Shown: one piece after another, positions 1-8,459 of the stretch | How positions within the stretch are numbered: position 1 is the stretch's first letter | Layout of the letters: every line of letters begins with the position of its first letter | Source of the DNA: a virus | Taxonomy: Duplodnaviria; Heunggongvirae; Uroviricota; Caudoviricetes | Virus record (IMG/VR): IMGVR_UViG_2529292921_000005 | Span: 1 to 13,062 of that record | DNA length: 13,062 bases | Reading direction: 5' to 3' (one strand) | Notes under the pieces: generated by a model | The model's database searches: none | Seen by the model: only the letters and a program-made list of their open reading frames with translations | Told to the model about the DNA's origin: nothing | Made by a program: the position numbers and the translations under genes

Positions 1-63
1 GGCGTGCCACAGACGTCAGCAGACGGTGATGCGGACGTGAAAATGCTCATGGCCATGCCATGA
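1..63 (+). CDS. 3' end of the head scaffold / prohead protease gene (lambda C/Nu3 equivalent), partial; start lies upstream of the window
   Basis: Frame open from position 1 to TGA at 61-63 (translation GVPQTSADGDADVKMLMAMP*); sits immediately upstream of D as C/Nu3 does in lambda. Call is by synteny only; the peptide is too short for me to recognise. Confidence 0.35.
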   Translation, partial: GVPQTSADGDADVKMLMAMP

Positions 64-99
64 AGCCAGTGCTGACCATCAACAGGAGGTTTTTACAAT

Positions 100-447
100 A
101 TGGTAACGAAAAACATCACTGAACAGCGTGCGGAAGTACGTATTTTTGCCGGTAATGATCCGGCTCATACCGCCACAGGCAGCAGCGGGATTTCCTCGGC
201 AACACCGGCACTGACGCCACTGATGCTGGATGAAGCCAGCGGGAAACTGGTGGTCTGGGACGGACAGAAAGCCGGTAGTGCAGTTGGCATACTGGTACTG
301 CCGCTTGAAGGCACAGAGACGGTACTGACCTATTACAAGTCGGGGACCTTTGCGACGGAGGCAATCCGCTGGCCTGAAAGTGTGGATGAACACAAAAAGG
401 CCAATGCCTTTGCCGGCAGTGCCCTGAGTCACGCGGCGCTGCCGTAA
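100..447 (+). CDS. D: head decoration protein (gpD-like)
   Basis: 115-aa ORF; AGGAGG 12 nt upstream of ATG; motifs DPAHTATG and LTYYKSGTF...WPE match lambda gpD as I remember it; position directly upstream of the major capsid gene. Confidence 0.9.
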   Translation: MVTKNITEQRAEVRIFAGNDPAHTATGSSGISSATPALTPLMLDEASGKLVVWDGQKAGSAVGILVLPLEGTETVLTYYKSGTFATEAIRWPESVDEHKKANAFAGSALSHAALP

Positions 448-455
448 CACGTTAT

Positions 456-475
456 CAGGCCACCGCGGTGGCCTG
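456..475. other. perfect 20-bp palindrome (CAGGCCACCG|CGGTGGCCTG) in the D-E intergenic spacer; possible RNA hairpin or protein-binding site
   Basis: Direct reading: 456-465 is the exact reverse complement of 466-475. Lies between the D stop (447) and the E RBS/start (505). Confidence 0.5.
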
Positions 476-504
476 ACTGATTTCTGAATGAAAGGAACTG
501 ATTT

Positions 505-1533
505 ATGGGATTGTTTACGACCCGCCAGTTACTCGGTTATACCGAACAAAAAGTGAAATTTCGTGCGCTGTTTCTGGAGCTGTTTTTCCGCCGTACGGTG
601 AATTTCCATACCGAAGAGGTGATGCTGGACAAAATTACCGGAAAAACGCCGGTGGCGGCCTATGTCTCCCCGGTTGTTGAAGGAAAAGTGCTGCGTCATC
701 GCGGTGGTGAAACCCGCGTGTTACGTCCGGGCTACGTCAAGCCGAAACACGAATTTAATTACCAGCAGGCGGTTGAGCGTCTTCCCGGTGAAGATCCGGC
801 TCAGCTGAACGACCCGGCCTACCGTCGTCTGCGTATCATCACTGATAACCTCAAACAGGAAGAGCACGCCATTGTCCAGGTGGAAGAAATGCAGGCGGTG
901 AATGCCGTGCTGTATGGCAAATACACGATGGAAGGAGACCAGTTCGAGAAAATTGAGGTCGATTTTGGCAGGTCGACGAAGAATAACATCACTCAGGGTA
1001 GTGGTAAGGAGTGGTCAAAACAGGATCGTGACACGTTCGATCCTACACATGATCTTGACCTCTACTGCGACCAGGCCAGCGGTCTTGTGAATATTGCCAT
1101 TATGGACGGTACCGTCTGGCGTCTGCTGAATGGCTTTAAATTGTTCCGCGAAAAACTGGATACCCGTCGCGGCTCTAATTCGCAACTCGAAACAGCGGTG
1201 AAAGACCTGGGCGCGGTGGTGTCCTTCAAAGGGTATTACGGCGATCTGGCCATTGTGGTGGCAAAAACGTCTTATGTGGCAGAGGACGGTACCGAAAAAC
1301 GTTATCTGCCTGAGGGCTCGCTGGTCCTGGGGAATACGGCAGCAGAGGGCATTCGTTGCTATGGTGCCATTCAGGATGCGCAGGCGTTGTCCGAAGGTGT
1401 GGTGGCCTCTTCCCGTTATCCGAAACACTGGCTGACGGTAGGGGATCCCGCCCGTGAATTTACCATGACGCAGTCCGCGCCGCTGATGGTGTTGCCGGAC
1501 CCGGATGAGTTTGTGGTGGTACAGGTGAAATAA
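505..1533 (+). CDS. E: major capsid protein (gpE-like)
   Basis: 342-aa ORF; GAAAGGAA RBS upstream; near-colinear with lambda gpE (341 aa) including PGYVKPKHE, RRGSNS.LETAVKDLG and TGDPAREFTM.QSAPLM blocks. Confidence 0.95.
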   Translation: MGLFTTRQLLGYTEQKVKFRALFLELFFRRTVNFHTEEVMLDKITGKTPVAAYVSPVVEGKVLRHRGGETRVLRPGYVKPKHEFNYQQAVERLPGEDPAQLNDPAYRRLRIITDNLKQEEHAIVQVEEMQAVNAVLYGKYTMEGDQFEKIEVDFGRSTKNNITQGSGKEWSKQDRDTFDPTHDLDLYCDQASGLVNIAIMDGTVWRLLNGFKLFREKLDTRRGSNSQLETAVKDLGAVVSFKGYYGDLAIVVAKTSYVAEDGTEKRYLPEGSLVLGNTAAEGIRCYGAIQDAQALSEGVVASSRYPKHWLTVGDPAREFTMTQSAPLMVLPDPDEFVVVQVK

Positions 1534-1541
1534 TCCGTGAG

Positions 1542-1570
1542 CGGGGGCGAAATGCCCCCGTGTCTTTTTT
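1542..1570 (+). terminator. intrinsic-terminator-like hairpin plus T tract immediately 3' of the major capsid gene
   Basis: CGGGGGC (1542-1548), loop GAAAT, GCCCCCG (1554-1560), followed by TGTCTTTTTT (1561-1570). Function (partial terminator vs mRNA-stabilising 3' structure) is inferred. Confidence 0.45.
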
Positions 1571-1584
1571 CACAGGGGGATGAT

Positions 1585-1959
1585 ATGGCAACGAAAGAGC
1601 AAAATCTGAAACGGCTTGATGAACTGGCCCTGATTCTGGGGCGTGAGCCGGATATATCCGGGAGTGCCGCAGAGATAGCGCAGCGGGTGGCAGAATGGGA
1701 AGAGGAAATGCAGTCATCCGGCGATGATGTACAGGTTATGAATATGGATATCCGGGAGAGGGAAAACGCGGCTCATGATGTTCGTGAGGAAACATCCGGC
1801 GCGTTAACGCGCATCAGAGTTCTGACCTGCCTCCATCTCTGTGGCGTTGATGGTGAAACGGGGGAATCCGTTGAGCTTGCGGATGTTGGTCGGGTGATTC
1901 TGATTATGTCCTCAGATGCAAAAACACACGTTGATGGTGGAATGGCTGTTTATGCGTGA
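1585..1959 (+). CDS. FI: DNA-packaging / head assembly protein FI-like
   Basis: ATG at 1585 preceded by AGGGGGA; acidic 124-aa product with N-terminus MATKEQNLKRLDELA similar in character to lambda FI; stop overlaps the FII start. The ORF is open from 1537, but that extension overlaps the hairpin and lacks an RBS. Confidence 0.7.
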   Translation: MATKEQNLKRLDELALILGREPDISGSAAEIAQRVAEWEEEMQSSGDDVQVMNMDIRERENAAHDVREETSGALTRIRVLTCLHLCGVDGETGESVELADVGRVILIMSSDAKTHVDGGMAVYA

Positions 1960-2305
1960 TTTTCAGAATGCCTTTGATGCCGCCCTTGCCGGGGTGGACA
2001 GTACGATTGTTGAAGTGATGGGCATCAGTGCGCAGTTCACCTCGGGGGCACAGTGTGGCAGCGAAGTTCAGGGGGTTTTTGACGATCCGGAGTCGCTGGG
2101 GTTTGCCGGTAGCGGGGTCCGTATTGAAGGAAGCTGCCCGTCATTATTTGTACGGACGGATACGGTTCGTGCTGTGCGGCGTGGTGACACGCTGACCATT
2201 AATGGTGAGACATTCTGGGTGGATCGTGTTTCTCCGGATGACGGGGGCAGTTGTTATCTCTGGCTCAACCGTGGGCAACCACCGGCAGTTAACCGGCGAC
2301 GATAA
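1952..2305 (+). CDS. FII: head-tail joining protein FII
   Basis: 117 aa, same length as lambda FII; FWVDRVSPDDGGSC.LWL..G.PPAVNRRR C-terminus recognised; start overlaps the FI stop. Confidence 0.9.
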   Translation: MRDFQNAFDAALAGVDSTIVEVMGISAQFTSGAQCGSEVQGVFDDPESLGFAGSGVRIEGSCPSLFVRTDTVRAVRRGDTLTINGETFWVDRVSPDDGGSCYLWLNRGQPPAVNRRR

Positions 2306-2319
2306 ACGCAGGGTGAATT

Positions 2320-2853
2320 ATGGCGATAAAAGGGCTTGATCAGGCGATTGAAAATCTGAGCCGGGTTCGTAAAAACGCCATTCCGGCGGCTTCAGCAATG
2401 GCCATTAACCGCGTGGCCACAACGGCGATTAATCAGTCTTCGTCACAGGTTGCCCGGGAGACCAGGGTGAGCCGGAAACTGGTAAAGGAACGGTCCAGAC
2501 TGAAACGGGCCACGGTCAGAAATCCGAATGCCAGAATTATCGTTAACCGCGGTGATCTCCCGGTGATTAAGCTGGGGATCAGGATGCCGGGGCGTCGTCC
2601 GGACAGCATACTCAAAGCCGGTCAGCATCGTTATCAGCGGGCATTTATTCAGCGATTAAAAAATGGTCGCTGGCATGTCATGCAGCGTGTGGTCGGGAAA
2701 AACCGTTACCCCATTGATGTGGTGAAAATCCCGATGGCGGCCCCACTGAAACAGGCGTTTGATGAGAATGTTGACCGTATCCGGCGTGAACGTCTGCCCG
2801 GAGAACTGGCATACGCGCTGAAACAACAACTGAGGATTGCGATAAAACGATGA
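2320..2853 (+). CDS. Z: tail completion protein Z
   Basis: 177 aa; N-terminus MAIKGL.QA.ENLSR and C-terminal RWHVMQRV.GKNRYPIDVVKIPMA block match lambda gpZ; appears shorter than lambda Z (192 aa from memory), consistent with an in-frame internal difference. Confidence 0.9.
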   Translation: MAIKGLDQAIENLSRVRKNAIPAASAMAINRVATTAINQSSSQVARETRVSRKLVKERSRLKRATVRNPNARIIVNRGDLPVIKLGIRMPGRRPDSILKAGQHRYQRAFIQRLKNGRWHVMQRVVGKNRYPIDVVKIPMAAPLKQAFDENVDRIRRERLPGELAYALKQQLRIAIKR

Positions 2854-3245
2854 AACATACTGATATCCGTGCTGCAGTGCTGGATGCACTGGAGCTGCAT
2901 GAACACGGGGCGACGCTGTTTGATGGTCGCCCCGTTGTTTTTGACGAAGAGGATTTTCCCGCGGTCGCGGTTTATCTGACGGATGCAGAGTATACCGGTG
3001 AAGAGCTGGATGCAGATACCTGGCGGGCCACACTGCATATTGAGGTGTTTTTACCAGCACAGGTACCGGATTCGGAGCTGGATTCGTGGATGGAAAGCCG
3101 GATTTATCCGGCGATGACTGCGATCCCGGCACTGGCAGACCTGATTACCACGATGGTTACGCAGGGCTATGAGTATCGTCGTGATGACGATATGGCGTTA
3201 TGGAGTTCTGCGGATCTGACTTATTCCATTACATACGAGATGTGA
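2850..3245 (+). CDS. U: tail terminator protein U
   Basis: 131 aa; ATGA start/stop overlap with Z; sequence near-identical to lambda gpU as recalled ([13 protein letters not shown]...LTYSITYEM). Confidence 0.9.
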   Translation: MKHTDIRAAVLDALELHEHGATLFDGRPVVFDEEDFPAVAVYLTDAEYTGEELDADTWRATLHIEVFLPAQVPDSELDSWMESRIYPAMTAIPALADLITTMVTQGYEYRRDDDMALWSSADLTYSITYEM

Positions 3246-3252
3246 GGACGAT

Positions 3253-4005
3253 ATGTCAACACCAAATCCCCTTGAGCCGGTAAAAGGTGCCGGTACCACC
3301 CTGTGGGTTTATAACGGTCAGGGTGACGCCTATGCAAACCCGTTGTCAGACGATGACTGGCAGCGACTGGCTAAGGTGAAGGATCTGACGCCGGGCGAGA
3401 TGACGGCAGAACCCTACGATGATAACTACCTGGATGATGAAGACGCGGACTGGACTGCGACCGGGCAGGGGCAGAAGTCTGCAGGAGATACCAGTTTTAC
3501 GCTGGCCTGGAAACCGGGAGAAGAAGGTCAGAAAGGGCTTATAGGCTGGTTTGAAAGCGGGGATGTGCGGGCCTATAAAATCCGTTTCCCGAACGGCACG
3601 GTGGATGTGTTCCGTGGCTGGGTCAGCAGTATCGGTAAGGCCGTAACGGCGAAGGAAGTGATCACCCGCACGGTGAAAGTGACCAACGTGGGTAAACCTT
3701 CTGTGGCGGAAGAACGCAGCGAAATTACGCCGGTCACTGCGATTAAGGTGACGCCGACATCTGGTACGGTGGCAAAAGGGAAAACAACAACCCTGACGGT
3801 TTCTTTTGAGCCGGAAAGTGCAACCGACAAAACGTTCAGAGCGGTTTCCGCCGATCCGTCAACGGGAACCATTGCTGTGAAAGATATGGCGATCACTGTG
3901 ACGGGGGTTAAGGCTGGAAAAGTGAGTATCCCCGTGATTTCCGGTAATGGTCAGTTTGCCACGGTAGCTGAAGTCACCGTTACTGAAGCGGGCGCTGCAG
4001 GGTAA
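3253..4005 (+). CDS. V: major tail tube protein V with C-terminal Ig-like domain
   Basis: 250 aa; [31 protein letters not shown] and [38 protein letters not shown] blocks match lambda gpV; C-terminal region resembles its Ig-like domain. Confidence 0.95.
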   Translation: MSTPNPLEPVKGAGTTLWVYNGQGDAYANPLSDDDWQRLAKVKDLTPGEMTAEPYDDNYLDDEDADWTATGQGQKSAGDTSFTLAWKPGEEGQKGLIGWFESGDVRAYKIRFPNGTVDVFRGWVSSIGKAVTAKEVITRTVKVTNVGKPSVAEERSEITPVTAIKVTPTSGTVAKGKTTTLTVSFEPESATDKTFRAVSADPSTGTIAVKDMAITVTGVKAGKVSIPVISGNGQFATVAEVTVTEAGAAG

Positions 4006-4018
4006 ACGGAGGTAATAC

Positions 4019-4450
4019 ATGTTTCTGAAAACCGAACAATTTGAATATAACGGTGTGTCCGTCACGCTTTCCGAGCTGTCTGCGCTGCAGCGTATCGAGC
4101 ATCTTGCCCTGCTGAAACGACGGGCAGAACAGGCTGAAGCCAGCGGTAACCTGCAGGTGAGCGTGGAAGACCTTGTCAGAACCGGCGCGTTTCTGGTGGC
4201 GATGTCCCTGTGGCATAACCATCCACAGAAAACGGAGTCACCATCAATGAATGAGGCTGTGATGCAGATCGAACAGGAGGTGCTCACCACCTGGCCTGCT
4301 GATGCCATTGCCCGGGCGGAAGACGTGGTGTTGCGTCTGTCCGGGATGAGCGGGGCTGTTCATGTGGATACGGATATCACCGAAGTGGCGAAAAATAACG
4401 CGCTTACTGATGATGATTTTTCTGCGGGAAAGTCTTCGACGGCGAGCTGA
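4019..4450 (+). CDS. G: tail assembly chaperone G
   Basis: 143 aa; GGAGG RBS; MFLKTE.FE.NGV.VTLSELSALQRIEHLAL matches lambda gpG. Confidence 0.9.
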   Translation: MFLKTEQFEYNGVSVTLSELSALQRIEHLALLKRRAEQAEASGNLQVSVEDLVRTGAFLVAMSLWHNHPQKTESPSMNEAVMQIEQEVLTTWPADAIARAEDVVLRLSGMSGAVHVDTDITEVAKNNALTDDDFSAGKSSTAS

Positions 4451-4890
4451 ATTTTGCCCTCAGACTGGCGCGAGAGATGGGGAGGCCTGACTGGCGCGCC
4501 ATGCTTGCCGGGATGACATCCACCGAATATGCCGACTGGCGACATTTTTACCGCACGCATTATTTTCAGGATACCCAACTGGATATGCATTTTTCCGGGC
4601 TGATGTACGCTGTACTCAGCCTGTTTTTTTGCGATCCGGATATGCATCCCTCTGATTTCAGTCTGCTTGTCCCCCGGCATGAGGAAGAGCAGGTGGAGAG
4701 GCTGGATGAGGACAAAATGCTGATGCAGAAAGCGGCAGGACTTGCCGGAGGCGTCCGGTTCGGTGGGGACGGAGGGGGCGATATTTTATCGTCTGCGGAT
4801 GTGGCGGATGTCATGGTGGATGATGCCGCATTAATGATGGCTTCAGCGGGGATTCCAGGAGGTGTGAGATATGTCCCAGCCGGTTGGTGA
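4019..4890 (+). CDS. T: tail assembly chaperone G-T fusion, produced by -1 frameshift at 4426-4432 (join 4019..4432, 4432..4890)
   Basis: The -1 frame after the slippery site has no stop until 4888-4890 and contains the T-like ORF; its end overlaps the H start, as in lambda. Confidence 0.8.
4426..4432 (+). other. programmed -1 ribosomal frameshift slippery heptamer G GGA AAG (G to G-T)
   Basis: GGGAAAG in the X XXY YYZ register relative to the G frame (codons GCG GGA AAG), 6 codons before the G stop; the -1 frame is open from here through the T ORF to 4890. Confidence 0.8.
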
Positions 4891-7432
4891 TCTTATTATT
4901 GACCTGAGTCTGGATGCGGTCCGTTTCGATGAGCAGATGAGCCGGGTAAGGCGTCATTTTTCAGGACTGGATACTGACGCCAGAAAAACCGCCAGTGCTG
5001 TTGAACAGGGCCTGAGCCGCCAGGCGCTGGCTGCACAAAAAGCCGGGATTTCCGTCGGGCAGTATAAAGCGGCCATGCGAACCCTGCCCGCACAGTTTAC
5101 GGATATCGCCACGCAGCTTGCCGGTGGTCAGAATCCCTGGCTGATCCTGCTGCAACAGGGCGGTCAGGTGAAGGACTCCTTCGGCGGGATGATCCCCATG
5201 CTCAGGGGGCTTGCCGGTGCGATCACCCTGCCGATGGTCGGGGTCACCTCGCTGGCGGTGGCGACAGGTGCGCTGGCGTACGCCTGGTACCAGGGGGATT
5301 CCACGCTTTCAGCGTTTAATAAAACCCTGGTTCTTTCCGGTAATCAGTCCGGACTGACTGCCGATCGTATGCTGACTCTCTCAAGAGCCGGGCAGGCAGC
5401 AGGGCTGACGTTTAACCAGGCGAGAGAGTCACTGGCAGCCCTGGTGAATGCCGGTGTGCGTGGTGGTGAACAGTTTGATGCCATCAACCAGAGTGTCGCG
5501 CGTTTTGCGTCTGCATCCGGTGTGGAGGTGGATAAAGTCGCTGAAGCCTTCGGGAAGCTGACCACTGACCCGACGTCGGGACTGATGGCGATGGCGCGCC
5601 AGTTCCGTAACGTGACGGCAGAGCAGATTGCGTATGTTGCGCAGCTGCAGCGTTCCGGTGATGAGGCCGGGGCCTTACAGGCGGCGAACGATATCGCCAC
5701 GAAAGGCTTTGATGAGCAGACCCGCCGCCTGAAAGAGAACATGGGCACGCTGGAGACCTGGGCAGACAGGACTGCACGGGCATTCAAATCCATGTGGGAT
5801 GCGGTGCTGGATATTGGTCGTCCTGATACCGCGCAGGAGATGCTGATTAAGGCAGAGGCTGCGTTTAAGAAAGCAGACGACATCTGGAATCTGCGCAAGG
5901 ATGATTATTTTGTTAACGATGAAGCGCGGGCGCGTTACTGGGATGATCGTGAAAAGGCCCGTCTTGCGCTTGAAGCCGCCCGAAAGAAGGCTGAGCAGCA
6001 GACTCAACAGGACAAAAATGCGCAGCAGCAGAGCGATACCGAAGCGTCACGGCTGAAATATACCGAAGAGGCGCAGAAGGCTTACGAACGGCTGCAGACG
6101 CCGCTGGAGAAATATACCGCCCGTCAGGAAGAACTGAACAAGGCACTGAAAGACGGGAAAATCCTGCAGGCGGATTACAACACGCTGATGGCGGCGGCGA
6201 AAAAGGATTATGAAGCGACGCTGAAAAAGCCGAAACAGTCCGGCGTGAAGGTGTCTGCGGGCGATCGTCAGGAAGACAGTGCTCATGCTGCCCTGCTGAC
6301 GCTTCAGGCTGAACTCCGGACGCTGGAGAAGCATGCCGGAGCAAATGAGAAAATCAGCCAGCAGCGCCGGGATTTGTGGAAGGCGGAGAGTCAGTTCGCG
6401 GTACTGGAGGAGGCGGCACAACGTCGCCAGCTGTCCGCACAGGAGAAATCCCTGCTGGCGCATAAAGATGAGACGCTGGAGTACAAACGCCAGCTGGCTG
6501 CACTTGGCGATAAGGTCACGTATCAGGAGCGTCTGAATGCGCTGGCGCAGCAGGCGGATAAATTCGCACAGCAGCAACGGGCAAAACGGGCCGCCATTGA
6601 TGCGAAAAGCCGGGGGCTGACTGACCGGCAGGCAGAACGGGAAGCCACAGAACAGCGCCTGAAGGAACAGTATGGCGATAATCCGCTGGCGCTGAATAAC
6701 GTCATGTCAGAGCAGAAAAAGACCTGGGCGGCTGAAGACCAGCTTCGCGGGAACTGGATGGCAGGCCTGAAGTCCGGCTGGAGTGAGTGGGAAGAGAGCG
6801 CCACGGACAGTATGTCGCAGGTAAAAAGTGCAGCCACGCAGACCTTTGATGGTATTGCACAGAATATGGCGGCGATGCTGACCGGCAGTGAGCAGAACTG
6901 GCGCAGCTTCACCCGTTCCGTGCTGTCCATGATGACAGAAATTCTGCTTAAGCAGGCAATGGTGGGGATTGTCGGGAGTATCGGCAGCGCCATTGGCGGG
7001 GCTGTTGGTGGCGGCGCATCCGCGTCAGGCGGTACAGCCATTCAGGCCGCTGCGGCGAAATTCCATTTTGCAACCGGAGGGTTTACGGGAACCGGCGGCA
7101 AATATGAGCCAGCGGGGATTGTTCACCGTGGTGAGTTTGTCTTCACGAAGGAGGCAACCAGCCGGATTGGCGTGGGGAATCTTTACCGGCTGATGCGCGG
7201 CTATGCCACCGGCGGTTATGTCGGTACACCGGGCAGCATGGCAGACAGCCGGTCGCAGGCGTCCGGGACGTTTGAGCAGAATAACCATGTGGTGATTAAC
7301 AACGACGGCACGAACGGGCAGATAGGGCCACAGGCGCTGAAGGCTGTTTATGACGTAGCCCGTAAGGCGGCAATGGATGTTGTGACCGGGCAGATGCGCG
7401 ATGGTGGTCTGTTCTCCGGAGGTGGACGATGA
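4871..7432 (+). CDS. H: tail tape measure protein H
   Basis: 853 aa, identical in length to lambda gpH and near-identical over long stretches as recalled; central coiled-coil region and Gly-rich C-terminal segment; GGAGG RBS. Confidence 0.95.
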   Translation: MSQPVGDLIIDLSLDAVRFDEQMSRVRRHFSGLDTDARKTASAVEQGLSRQALAAQKAGISVGQYKAAMRTLPAQFTDIATQLAGGQNPWLILLQQGGQVKDSFGGMIPMLRGLAGAITLPMVGVTSLAVATGALAYAWYQGDSTLSAFNKTLVLSGNQSGLTADRMLTLSRAGQAAGLTFNQARESLAALVNAGVRGGEQFDAINQSVARFASASGVEVDKVAEAFGKLTTDPTSGLMAMARQFRNVTAEQIAYVAQLQRSGDEAGALQAANDIATKGFDEQTRRLKENMGTLETWADRTARAFKSMWDAVLDIGRPDTAQEMLIKAEAAFKKADDIWNLRKDDYFVNDEARARYWDDREKARLALEAARKKAEQQTQQDKNAQQQSDTEASRLKYTEEAQKAYERLQTPLEKYTARQEELNKALKDGKILQADYNTLMAAAKKDYEATLKKPKQSGVKVSAGDRQEDSAHAALLTLQAELRTLEKHAGANEKISQQRRDLWKAESQFAVLEEAAQRRQLSAQEKSLLAHKDETLEYKRQLAALGDKVTYQERLNALAQQADKFAQQQRAKRAAIDAKSRGLTDRQAEREATEQRLKEQYGDNPLALNNVMSEQKKTWAAEDQLRGNWMAGLKSGWSEWEESATDSMSQVKSAATQTFDGIAQNMAAMLTGSEQNWRSFTRSVLSMMTEILLKQAMVGIVGSIGSAIGGAVGGGASASGGTAIQAAAAKFHFATGGFTGTGGKYEPAGIVHRGEFVFTKEATSRIGVGNLYRLMRGYATGGYVGTPGSMADSRSQASGTFEQNNHVVINNDGTNGQIGPQALKAVYDVARKAAMDVVTGQMRDGGLFSGGGR

Positions 7433-7758
7433 AAACCTTCCGCTGGAAAGTGAAACCCGGGATGGATGTGACATCGGCTCCTTCCGTCAGGGAGGTGCGC
7501 TTTGGTGATAGCTATTCCCAGCGTGCGCCTGCCGGGCTGAACGCTGACCTGAAAACGTACAGCGTGACGCTGTCTGTCTCCCGTGAGGAGGCCACGGCGC
7601 TGGAGTCGTTTCTGGCAGAGCACGGAGGCTGGAAGGCCTTTCTGTGGACGCCGCCTTATGGTTACAGGCAGATAAAGGTGACCTGCGCAAAATGGTCGTC
7701 GCAGGTCAGTATGTTGCGTGTTGAGTTCAGCGCAGAGTTTAAACAGGTGGTGAACTGA
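7429..7758 (+). CDS. M: tail tip protein M
   Basis: 109 aa; ATGA overlap with the H stop; near-identical to lambda gpM as recalled. Confidence 0.9.
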   Translation: MKTFRWKVKPGMDVTSAPSVREVRFGDSYSQRAPAGLNADLKTYSVTLSVSREEATALESFLAEHGGWKAFLWTPPYGYRQIKVTCAKWSSQVSMLRVEFSAEFKQVVN

Positions 7759-8455
7759 TGCAGGATATCCGGCAGGAAACACTGAATGAATGCACCCGTG
7801 CGGAGCAGTCGGCCAGCGTGGTGCTCTGGGAAATCGATCTGACAGAGGTCGGTGGAGAACGTTATTTTTCTGTAATGAGCAGAACGAAAAAGGTGAGCCG
7901 GTCACCTGGCAGGGGCGACAGTATCAGCCGTATCCCATTCAGGGGAGTGGTTTTGAACTGAATGGCAAAGGCACCAGTACGCGCCCCACGCTGACGGTTT
8001 CTAACCTGTACGGTATGGTCACCGGGATGGCGGAAGATCTGCAGAGTCTGGTCGGCGGAACGGTGGTCCGGCGTAAGGTTTACGCCCGTTTTCTGGATGC
8101 GGTGAACTTCGTCAACGGAAACAGTGACGCCGATCCGGAGCAGGAGGTGATCAGCCGCTGGCGCATTGAGCAGTGCAGCGAACTGAGCGCGGTCAGTGCC
8201 TCCTTTGTACTGTCCACGCCGACGGAAACGGACGGCGCTGTTTTTCCGGGACGTATCATGCTGGCCAACACCTGCACCTGGACCTATCGCGGCGGTGAGT
8301 GCGGTTATCACGGTCCGGCGGTCGCGGATGAATATGACCAGCCAACGTCCGATATCACGAAGGATAAATGCAGCAAATGCCTGAGCGGTTGTAAGTTTCG
8401 CAATAACGTCGGCAACTTTGGCGGCTTCCTTTCCATTAACAAACTTTCGCAGTAA
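7758..8455 (+). pseudogene. L: tail tip protein L, disrupted by a 1-nt frame change at the T5 run 7865-7869 (698 nt instead of a multiple of 3)
   Basis: Frame starting at the ATG (7758, TGATG overlap with M) encodes MQDIRQ...GGERYF and then stops at 7961 after unrelated residues; a second frame continues LFFCNEQNEKGEPVTWQ... to the TAA at 8453-8455. The two frames together reconstruct a ~232-aa L-like protein. Confidence 0.75.
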
Positions 8456-8459
8456 TCCC

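Noticed and set aside
1537-1584. Longer FI start at 1537 as given in the ORF track (MSGGEMPPCLFSQGDD...)
   Set aside because: This extension has no ATG or RBS and runs through the terminator-like hairpin; ATG 1585 with AGGGGGA upstream is the more plausible start.
6960-7110. Gly/Ala-rich stretch near the C-terminus of H (GSIGSAIGGAVGGGASASGG...) as a possible repeat or low-complexity insertion
   Set aside because: This glycine-rich segment is a normal feature of lambda-type tape measure proteins as far as I recall, and the gene length (853 aa) equals lambda H exactly.
7865-7869. T5 run in L as a programmed frameshift or transcriptional slippage site
   Set aside because: No canonical X XXY YYZ heptamer in the right register and no known programmed shift in L-family genes; a 1-nt deletion or sequencing error is more parsimonious. 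Kept as a finding to check, not as a feature.
5344-7905. Several 100-185-aa minus-strand ORFs (e.g. 5344-5898, 6047-6577, 6523-7041, 7348-7905)
   Set aside because: All are nested antisense to H, M or L, overlap one another, lack RBS context and have compositionally odd translations; treated as spurious.
8418-8459. TTG start for K at 8418 as given in the ORF track
   Set aside because: Would overlap the last 38 nt of L in another frame; the K-like sequence begins MTQTES at ATG 8460. The ORF-track M at 8418 is only a translated alternative start.
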